Shown here in pieces: positions 40,066 to 47,610 of a stretch of 49,472 nt of DNA; within the stretch, counting starts at the first letter, position 1, and every line of letters starts with the position of its first letter. This stretch comes from Verrucomicrobiota bacterium (GTDB lineage: Bacteria; Verrucomicrobiota; Verrucomicrobiia; Limisphaerales; JBFMBT01). The notes beneath the pieces were generated by a model, which saw only the letters and a list, made by a program, of their open reading frames with translations, was not told the origin of the DNA and did not search any database. Location: NCBI GenBank assembly GCA_040754875.1, contig JBFMBT010000003.1, positions 1-49,472 of the forward strand, given 5' to 3'. Position numbers and translations under genes: made by a program.

Positions 40066-43000
40066 TCAGATCGCGATTTCTTCCCGCATGCCAGCGGCGC
40101 CGGTCGGCGCTTGCGAGTTTTGCAACCACTGCAGTGCGTCAATGGCTTCGGCCAGGCCGGCAACGGTCGGGCGCGTGAACAGGTCGCGCAGCGGGAGGTC
40201 CACGCCCGATTCGGTTCGAAGCTGCGCCATCAACCGCGCGGCCATGAGCGAGTGGCCGCCAAGATCAAAGAAGTTGTCGAGCACGCCGAAATCTTCGCGC
40301 TTCAGCAAAGAACGGTAGATGCCCATGACCATTTCCTCGGTGGGTGTTCGCGGCGCGACGGCGGCGGCGCGCGGCGACGCATCAGCCGCGCTGGGCGCGG
40401 GCAGTGCCCTGCGATCAATTTTGCCATTGTGGGTGCGCGGCAGTGCGTCGAGCAAAACGAAGTGCGATGGGACCATGTATTCGGGCACGGCCGCGCGCAG
40501 CCGGGCGCGAAGCTGGTCCATCAAATCGGCCGGCGCGTTCGCGGCGGCGAGATAAGCGACGAGGCGCCTGTCCCCGGCCGTGTCCTCGCGCGCGATGACG
40601 GCGGTCTCGCGGACGGCCGGATGCTGCGCAATCACGGCCTCGATCTCTCCAAGCTCGATGCGGAACCCGCGCAGCTTGACCTGAAAATCGAGCCGGCCCA
40701 GGTGTTCGACCGTGCCGTCCTTGCGCCAGCGCGCGAGATCGCCGGTGCGATAAAGCAGGGCTCCCGGGACGGGGCTGCAAGGATCCGGGACGAAGCGATC
40801 CGCAGTCAGTTCCGGCCGCTCCCAGTAACCGAGCGCGACGCCGTCGCCTCCGATGCACAATTCGCCGGGGACGCCGACGGGACAGAGATTTTTCCAAGGA
40901 TCGAGAATCCGGACGACGGTGTTCGCAATGGGTTTGCCGATGGTGATTCCGCTGGACGTGTCGGTGGTGCGGGCGCAGGTGGACCATACCGTGGTTTCCG
41001 TGGGGCCGTACATGTTCCACAACTCGACGCCGCGCGCGAGCAGTTGAGCGGCGAGTTCCTCCGGCAGCGATTCGCCGCCGACCAATGCCTTGAACGGAGG
41101 CTTGGCGGGAGTCCCGTTCCAGCCGGTTTCCAACAAGAGCCGCCATGTGACCGGTGTGGCCTGCATGACAGAAGCGCGATGCCGTTCCAGGAGGGTGCGG
41201 AGCGCGTGGCCGTCCAGAGTTTCGTCATGGTCGGCGATAACAACGCGGGCGCCGACGGTCAGCGGCAGAAGGATTTCCAGCACGGCGATGTCAAAGGACA
41301 GCGTGGTGACGGCGACCAGCACGTCATTCGCGGTCAGACCCGGCTCGCGCGCCATGCTGGTCAGGAAGTTGACGACTGCACGGTGCGGGATGACCACGCC
41401 CTTGGGTTTGCCGGTGGAACCGGAGGTGTAGATGATGTAGGCGGGGTGGCCGGGTTGCGGGTTCGAGTCGGGATGCGGGGTGCGTGATGCGTGATGCGTG
41501 ATGCGTGAATCGAGGCACAGCACTTTCAGGTCGGGAATCTCAAATTTGAAACTGTCTCGCAACGACTGCTGCGTGAGCAACACGGACGCGCGGGAGTCTT
41601 CCAGCATGAACGCCAGCCGCTCCTTTGGATACATCGGGTCGAGCGGCACATAGGCGCCGCCCGATTTGAGGACGGCGAGCAGCGCCACGAGCATTTCGAG
41701 CGAGCGGTTCACGCAGAGACCCACGCGCACATCCGGCCCGACACCCAGCGCCCGCAGATCACCGGCCAGCGCGTTGGCGCGCGCGGTCAGTTCGCGGTAG
41801 GTGAGTTGCTGGTTTTCAAAAACCACGGCGACGGCATCCGGCGTGCGCGCCGCCTGCGCTTCAACCAGGTGATGAACACACGCGCGGTCGGGATACGCGG
41901 TTGGCGCCGGGTTCCATTCTTCAAGCAACTGCGTGTGTTCGGCGGCGGTCAGCAAGGGCAGTGCCGTCAGTTTCATATCCGGGTTTTCGACCACTGCTTC
42001 GAGCAGAGTTTGGAAATGGCCCAGGAGGCGAGAGACCGTGTCCGGTTCGAACAGGTCGGAATTGAATTCCACGTAACCTTCCAGGCGCTCGCCGTCTTCC
42101 TCCATTGAAAGGGACAAATCGAACTTGCTCGCGCCGTTGTGAACGAGGACCGAACTCCAATCCAGGCCCCCTGCCCGCTTGGACGGCATCGGCGCCTTTT
42201 GCAAAATGAACATCGCCTGAAAGACCGGCGACCGGCTCAGGTCGCGCTCGACACTCACGGCTTCCACCACTTTTTCAAAGGGCACGTCCTGATGGGTGAA
42301 GGCTTCCAGCGCAATTTTCCGCACTCGCTGCACCAATTCGCGGAAGGTTGGTTCGCCGGACAGATCGGTCCGCAGGGCCAGCGTGTTCAAAAACAATCCG
42401 GCCAGCCCTTCCAATTCGGCCCGTGTCCGACCGGCCACGGTTGTTCCGGTGATGATGTCCGTCTGCCCGGAATAGCGGTGAAGCAAGGTCTGAAACGCGC
42501 CGAGCAACAGCATGAACAGCGTCACGTCCTCGCGCTGGCAGAGCGACCTTAGCGCCGCGGACAGAGCGTCAGGGAGTGCGAAACATTTCACGGCGCCGCG
42601 GTACGATTGTTGCGCCGGACGCGGATGGTCGGCGGGCAGCTCCAACACCGGCAGCGGCCCCTGAAGTTGCCGTTTCCAATAGGCGAGCTGTTCTTCCAAC
42701 ACCTGGCCTTGCAGCCATTCGCGCTGCCATCGGGCATAATCGTCGAATTCGAGCGGCAACTCTGGAAGCGACGCGCTGGTGCCGTGCGCAAATGCGTCGT
42801 AAAGCTCCCGCAACTCACGGTAGAGAACCGCCATCGTCCAGCCATCGCTGATGATATGATGAGTGATCAGCATCAGCAGATGCTTCCGGTTGTTGAGGCG
42901 CAGCAGCTTCGTGCGCAACAACGGCGCTTTGCCGAGGTCGAATGGTTGCTCCGCTTCGCCGGTCATCACGCGCTCCATATGAGCGGGTTGTTCCTGATCC

Positions 43001-46000
43001 GACAAATGGTCGAGCGCAACCACGGACAATTCGATTTTGACCGCCGCGGCCCGCTGAGCGGTTGGTCTGCCTTGCGCATTGCTGAAGCTCGTCCGCAGAC
43101 TGCCGTGGCGGGCGACCAACGCGTTCAAACTTTTTCCCAGCGCGGCAACGTTCAGTTCGCCCTCCAGGACAATTCCAATGGGCACGTTGTACACCGGGAG
43201 TCCTGGCTCCAATTGATCCAGGAACCACAGCCGCTCCTGGGCGAAGGATGGTTCCGCAGCCCCATCAGCGCTGTTGTTGGACCGGCGCGCGATGGCCGGG
43301 AGAGATGAGCAACGCGAGTCCGCGCGCCTTTCATTCAACCGGACCGCCAGCCGCTCGATGGTCGGCTCCGCGAATACGGCTGGCAACGGCAGTTCCACCC
43401 CCAAGGCGTTGCGCACACGGGAAATCAGTTGTGTCACCAACAGGGAATGTCCTCCCAGTTGAAAGAAATTGTCGTGTATCCCCACGCGCTTCAAACCCAG
43501 GAGTTCGCACCAGATCCCGGCGAGCATTTCCTCGACCGGGTTCCGTGGAGCTGTGAAATCCGTGCCGGAGGACCGGATGTCCGGCGCGGGCAAGGCGCCG
43601 CGATCGATCTTGCCATTCGGATTGAGCGGTAATTGCGGCAAACCGACGATGAAGGGCGGAACCATGTAGTCCGGCAGCCTCGCCTGGAGGAAGGCGCGCA
43701 GTTCCTCGCTGGTTGGACCCGGGGATTCCTTCGACGCAAAGTAGCCGACCAACTGGTTGGTTCCGGCGGCGTCTTTGCGCGCGATTACAATGGACTGGCT
43801 TACGTCCGGGTGGCTGTTCAGGCAACTTTCGATTTCACCCGGCTCGACCCGGAAGCCGCGAATCTTGACCTGGTGATCGGTCCGCCCCAGAAACTCGATC
43901 TCGCCCGAGGTCAATCGCTTCACCCAATCACCGGTGCGATAGAGCCGCCCCAAATGCGGATAGGTGATGAATTTTTGCGCCGTGAGTTCCGGGCGCTTCC
44001 AGTAACCGAGCGCAACACCGTCTCCGCCAATGTACAATTCACCCGGTGCGCCGATGGGGACCGGGTTGAGCTGTTTGTCGAGCACCCATGCAGTGGTGTT
44101 CGCGATCGGACGGCCAATCGGAATCGACGGCGCGTTGGCCGGCACTTCCTTGATATGGTGCCATGTGGCGAACGTCGTGGTTTCGGTCGGCCCGTAAGCG
44201 TTCAGCAGACGCTCGGGCGGGTCCTGGAGCAGGACGGCGGCCGGCCATTTCGGGTCCGCCGCTTCGCCGCCGAAGAGCAGGTGCCGCACGTTTCGGAAAG
44301 CCCCGGGAGCTTCCGCGGCAATTTGATTGAACAGCGCCGTCGTAAGGAACATGGCGGTGATCTCATTGCGCACGATGGCATCGGCGAGTTCGCGCACGGC
44401 CAGCACCATCTTGGCGGGAATGATCACGAGGCGTCCGCCGTTCAGCAACGTGCCCCAAACCTCCCACGTGGCCGCGTCGAACGAACAGTTGGAGATTTGC
44501 GCCATGACGTCCTGCGGTGTGAGCGGCGCGTAATCGGTATTGAGCACGAGGCGGGTGATTGCGCGATGCGGCACGCACACGCCTTTGGGCGTTCCCGTGG
44601 AACCGGAAGTGTAAATGATGTAAGCCAGACTCTCGCCGTTTGCGGTGGGGGGAAGATTCTCCGCCGGATGGGCGGCGATCTGGGCTTCCGCCGCATCGAG
44701 GCACGTCACGACCGCAGAAGTATCGGGCAATGCATCTTTCAAGGCCGTGGTGGTGATAAGCACCGGCGCTTCCGTGTCTTCCATCATGAACGCGACGCGG
44801 TCCTTGGGATACGACCGGTCAAGCGGCACGTATGCGCCGCCGGCTTTCAGGATCGCGAGGAAGGTCACGATCATCGGCAGGCCGCGGTCGAGATACGTCG
44901 CCACTGGAGTGCCAGTCTTGACGCCGTGCTTGCGCAGGTGATGCGCCAGTTGATTGGCGCGAGCGTTCAACTGACCGTAAGAGCATTTAACCGCGCCATC
45001 GATTACGGCAACAGCGTCGGGCGTCTTTGCGGCCACGCGCTCAAACAGCTCCGCGACGCTGGCATCGCGCGGATACTCGCGGCTGGTTTCGTTCCAACCG
45101 GCCAGCAGTTCGCGGTCGCTTTCGGTCAACAGCGGCAAATCACCCACGCGTTGGGGCGAGGTTTGCGCGCTCCCCATCGCTTCCAGCACGGCCTGCAGGT
45201 GCTCGAGCAAGCGCTTGATGGCCGGACGCTCGAACAGGTTCGGGTCATAGACCAGCGTGAGCCGCGCGGAACCGGCGACGTAAACATCCAGAACCAGCGG
45301 GTAGTTCGGTTGATTGTGGACGCGAAACTGCCGGCCGCTCCAGGTCTGCCGGAGCACCGCGTCCCAAGGCGGATCGAGCACGCTCATCATCGTCTGGAAC
45401 AAGGGCCGCCCGGGCGGCGCGTCGCTCCAGGATTGGATCTTGAACAGCGGACTGTGCTCGAACTGGCGCAACTCGATCCATTGCTGACGGACTGTGCCCA
45501 GCCATTCAAGGAGTGGTTGATCCGCGGCGCAGCGCACGCGCACCGGCAGCGTGTTGATGAACGGGCCGGCGATGTCATTCGCGCCGAGCACGGGCACGTT
45601 GCGGCAGGACTTCACCGCGCCGAAGACCACTTCCTCCTCGCCGCTGTAGCGGTTTAACACCACAGCCCAGGCGCCCTGCAAAAAGGTGTTCAGCGTCAGG
45701 CGTTGTGTCTTTCCCCATTCGCGCAACGCCTTGATTGTCTGTTCCGGCACCACGGCTTCCTCCTCGACCCAGTTCCCGCTGACGACGGCGCTGCTGCTCT
45801 CTCGCGCGCACGCCGGCAGCGGCGTCGGCGTGGTGAATCCCGCCAATCGCTCGCGCCAGAAGTTCTCCGCTTTTGACCAATCCTGCTGCTGAAGCCAGGC
45901 GACATAATCCCCATATTCGGGCGCGGGCGTCAGCGACGGTTCCTGCCCGGCTTTCAGCGACTCGTAAACCGCAAAGAGGTCGTTGAGCAGAATCACGACC

Positions 46001-46533
46001 ATGCGGGAATCCGAGAGCAAGTGATGGATGCTCCAGACAAACTGGCAGCGCCCCCGGCCCAGCCGGAGCAACGCCACGCGAATGAGCGGGGCGACGGTAA
46101 TGTCAAAGCGCATTTGTCGGTCCGCCTGAAGCAACGCCTCCAGCCGCTCCTCCTGGACCTGCGCTGACAGGCCGCTCCAATCCTCCAGCCGGACAGGAAC
46201 CCGCCCGTGCTCCGAAACCAGCTGCCGGGGCGATGCCAATCCTTCCCAACGGAAACTGGTCCGGAGAATGGAATGGCGCTCCGCCACGCACTGCCAGGCC
46301 CGGTTGAACAACTCCGCATGGACCTCCTCCTGCCAGTCACAAATGATCTGCGAGATGTCCACGCCGGAGTCGGTGGCGTAGAGACTGTGGAACAGCATGC
46401 CCTCCTGCAAAGGGGAGAGCGGATGCGTCACTTCGCCCGTTCCGGCGCGCGCGTTTCCAGTGATGGCAACATCCCGCCGCGACTTCGGCGGGTCAACGTT
46501 CGGAGTGTTCTTGGTGGTTGATTTCATTTCCAT
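40066..46533 (-). CDS. NRPS1: C-A(Val/Ile/Leu predicted)-PCP-C-A(Gly predicted)-PCP plus C-terminal docking peptide
   Basis: C1 PLSPLQEGMLFHSL..HHLLSDSR. A1 AYIIYTSGSTGTPKG. PCP LGGHSLL. C2 SFAQERLWFLDQ..HHIISDGW. A2 FDIAVLE..YGPTETTVWS. PCP LGGHSLM. Ends in REEIAI. Confidence 0.95.
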   Translation of the reverse strand: MEMKSTTKNTPNVDPPKSRRDVAITGNARAGTGEVTHPLSPLQEGMLFHSLYATDSGVDISQIICDWQEEVHAELFNRAWQCVAERHSILRTSFRWEGLASPRQLVSEHGRVPVRLEDWSGLSAQVQEERLEALLQADRQMRFDITVAPLIRVALLRLGRGRCQFVWSIHHLLSDSRMVVILLNDLFAVYESLKAGQEPSLTPAPEYGDYVAWLQQQDWSKAENFWRERLAGFTTPTPLPACARESSSAVVSGNWVEEEAVVPEQTIKALREWGKTQRLTLNTFLQGAWAVVLNRYSGEEEVVFGAVKSCRNVPVLGANDIAGPFINTLPVRVRCAADQPLLEWLGTVRQQWIELRQFEHSPLFKIQSWSDAPPGRPLFQTMMSVLDPPWDAVLRQTWSGRQFRVHNQPNYPLVLDVYVAGSARLTLVYDPNLFERPAIKRLLEHLQAVLEAMGSAQTSPQRVGDLPLLTESDRELLAGWNETSREYPRDASVAELFERVAAKTPDAVAVIDGAVKCSYGQLNARANQLAHHLRKHGVKTGTPVATYLDRGLPMIVTFLAILKAGGAYVPLDRSYPKDRVAFMMEDTEAPVLITTTALKDALPDTSAVVTCLDAAEAQIAAHPAENLPPTANGESLAYIIYTSGSTGTPKGVCVPHRAITRLVLNTDYAPLTPQDVMAQISNCSFDAATWEVWGTLLNGGRLVIIPAKMVLAVRELADAIVRNEITAMFLTTALFNQIAAEAPGAFRNVRHLLFGGEAADPKWPAAVLLQDPPERLLNAYGPTETTTFATWHHIKEVPANAPSIPIGRPIANTTAWVLDKQLNPVPIGAPGELYIGGDGVALGYWKRPELTAQKFITYPHLGRLYRTGDWVKRLTSGEIEFLGRTDHQVKIRGFRVEPGEIESCLNSHPDVSQSIVIARKDAAGTNQLVGYFASKESPGPTSEELRAFLQARLPDYMVPPFIVGLPQLPLNPNGKIDRGALPAPDIRSSGTDFTAPRNPVEEMLAGIWCELLGLKRVGIHDNFFQLGGHSLLVTQLISRVRNALGVELPLPAVFAEPTIERLAVRLNERRADSRCSSLPAIARRSNNSADGAAEPSFAQERLWFLDQLEPGLPVYNVPIGIVLEGELNVAALGKSLNALVARHGSLRTSFSNAQGRPTAQRAAAVKIELSVVALDHLSDQEQPAHMERVMTGEAEQPFDLGKAPLLRTKLLRLNNRKHLLMLITHHIISDGWTMAVLYRELRELYDAFAHGTSASLPELPLEFDDYARWQREWLQGQVLEEQLAYWKRQLQGPLPVLELPADHPRPAQQSYRGAVKCFALPDALSAALRSLCQREDVTLFMLLLGAFQTLLHRYSGQTDIITGTTVAGRTRAELEGLAGLFLNTLALRTDLSGEPTFRELVQRVRKIALEAFTHQDVPFEKVVEAVSVERDLSRSPVFQAMFILQKAPMPSKRAGGLDWSSVLVHNGASKFDLSLSMEEDGERLEGYVEFNSDLFEPDTVSRLLGHFQTLLEAVVENPDMKLTALPLLTAAEHTQLLEEWNPAPTAYPDRACVHHLVEAQAARTPDAVAVVFENQQLTYRELTARANALAGDLRALGVGPDVRVGLCVNRSLEMLVALLAVLKSGGAYVPLDPMYPKERLAFMLEDSRASVLLTQQSLRDSFKFEIPDLKVLCLDSRITHHASRTPHPDSNPQPGHPAYIIYTSGSTGKPKGVVIPHRAVVNFLTSMAREPGLTANDVLVAVTTLSFDIAVLEILLPLTVGARVVIADHDETLDGHALRTLLERHRASVMQATPVTWRLLLETGWNGTPAKPPFKALVGGESLPEELAAQLLARGVELWNMYGPTETTVWSTCARTTDTSSGITIGKPIANTVVRILDPWKNLCPVGVPGELCIGGDGVALGYWERPELTADRFVPDPCSPVPGALLYRTGDLARWRKDGTVEHLGRLDFQVKLRGFRIELGEIEAVIAQHPAVRETAVIAREDTAGDRRLVAYLAAANAPADLMDQLRARLRAAVPEYMVPSHFVLLDALPRTHNGKIDRRALPAPSAADASPRAAAVAPRTPTEEMVMGIYRSLLKREDFGVLDNFFDLGGHSLMAARLMAQLRTESGVDLPLRDLFTRPTVAGLAEAIDALQWLQNSQAPTGAAGMREEIAI
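41481..41508. repeat. (TGCGTGA)x4 tandem heptamer inside NRPS1
   Basis: tgcgtga tgcgtga tgcgtga tgcgtga, encoding SRITHHASR on the minus strand. Confidence 0.95.
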
Positions 46534-46536
46534 ACT

Positions 46537-47565
46537 CTAACGATTTAGCGCTTCCAACGAGTTCGCGTTCACCCCCGCGATTTCCTCATAGAATTGCTCC
46601 AGCGCCCGACCCGCAGTGAAGGTCGAAAGCTCGGGGAGACGTCCCGACTGCCGCAGATCGACGCGCCGGCAGTTCCGTCGCACCAGGGAAAGTTTTGCCG
46701 CCAGGTCCTCCGCGTCGGGCCGCGCCAGGTGGCAGCCATCAATCCCTTCGATGCGCTCGGCCACGTCGCCCACGTCCACGGAAACGACGGGCAGGCCGCA
46801 CGCAAGGGCTTCCTTTACCACGGTGGGCGATCCTTCGTGCTGGGAGGTCAGGAGCAACACATCGCTCGCGTTCAACCAGACGGGCACTTCGGCGTTGGGC
46901 ACGCCGGTCAAATAGTGCAGCTCCGGCAGGCGATCGACGTGGTCCATTTGCGCCACGGCTGCTTGTGCCAGCCAGGGGCGCTTCACGGGGTCGCCGTTGC
47001 TGGACGCGAACAACACGTGGAAGGAGTCGTTTCGCCAGCCGAGCTTTTGTTTGCAGAGCAGTGAATCCATCGGTTTGAACCGCTCGAGGTCGATGCCGCA
47101 CGGAATCACCCGGATCTTGTCCGGCGAAACCGCGCCGTTCAAAGCCCTGACCAGATGCCGCGCCACGACGATCACGCCCTCGGCAGCCCGGGCCGCCCGG
47201 CGCGAACAGTGCACGCCGTAGCGCGCGATGATTTTGCGCGTCCAACCGGAAAGGTTTTCGCCCAGCAAATCCGAACCGTGGAAGGTCACCACAACCGGGC
47301 GGACATGATGCTCGCGCAACACCTGGTCGGCCATCACGCCGCCGTACATCACATGAATCACGTGGGGATCGAACTCAGCGACGGCGCTCTGGACCCGGTT
47401 TTGCATCCGGTAGTACGTCAGCGGCCCTTCCTGCCGCCGGTCCACGAACAGCACACGCACGTCCAGGCCGAGTGCGCACAGGCCCCTGACTTGCTCCTGC
47501 ACGAAGACGCCCCGACCGGGGAACGCCGGCGACGGATACATGTTGGTGATGGCAAGGATGCGCAT
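46537..47565 (-). CDS. GT4-family glycosyltransferase (TuaC-like)
   Basis: MRILAITNMYPS..GVFVQEQV, VVTFHGSDL, IPCGID and EGSPTVVKEALACGLPVVSVDVGD (EX7E motif). Confidence 0.92.
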   Translation of the reverse strand: MRILAITNMYPSPAFPGRGVFVQEQVRGLCALGLDVRVLFVDRRQEGPLTYYRMQNRVQSAVAEFDPHVIHVMYGGVMADQVLREHHVRPVVVTFHGSDLLGENLSGWTRKIIARYGVHCSRRAARAAEGVIVVARHLVRALNGAVSPDKIRVIPCGIDLERFKPMDSLLCKQKLGWRNDSFHVLFASSNGDPVKRPWLAQAAVAQMDHVDRLPELHYLTGVPNAEVPVWLNASDVLLLTSQHEGSPTVVKEALACGLPVVSVDVGDVAERIEGIDGCHLARPDAEDLAAKLSLVRRNCRRVDLRQSGRLPELSTFTAGRALEQFYEEIAGVNANSLEALNR

Positions 47566-47572
47566 GGGGGCA

Positions 47573-47596
47573 TTGAAACGTTGAAACGTTGAAACG
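47573..47596. repeat. (TTGAAACG)x3 tandem octamer just upstream of the GT4 start codon
   Basis: Three exact copies in the 45-bp spacer between the dehydratase and GT genes. Confidence 0.95.
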
Positions 47597-47610
47597 AACT
47601 GCCACCGCGG

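Noticed and set aside
39975-40163. N-terminal extension of NRPS2 in the ORF track
   Set aside because: It overlaps the NRPS1 3' end and translates a REP (LDCGGKRSATPLF). The ATG at 39974 is more plausible.
33288-46533. Siderophore interpretation of the NRPS (Asp-type A domain resembling OH-Asp modules)
   Set aside because: There is no TonB-dependent receptor, ornithine/lysine hydroxylase, TauD-like hydroxylase or recognisable Fur box in the window, and the context is sugar biosynthesis. Not fully excluded.
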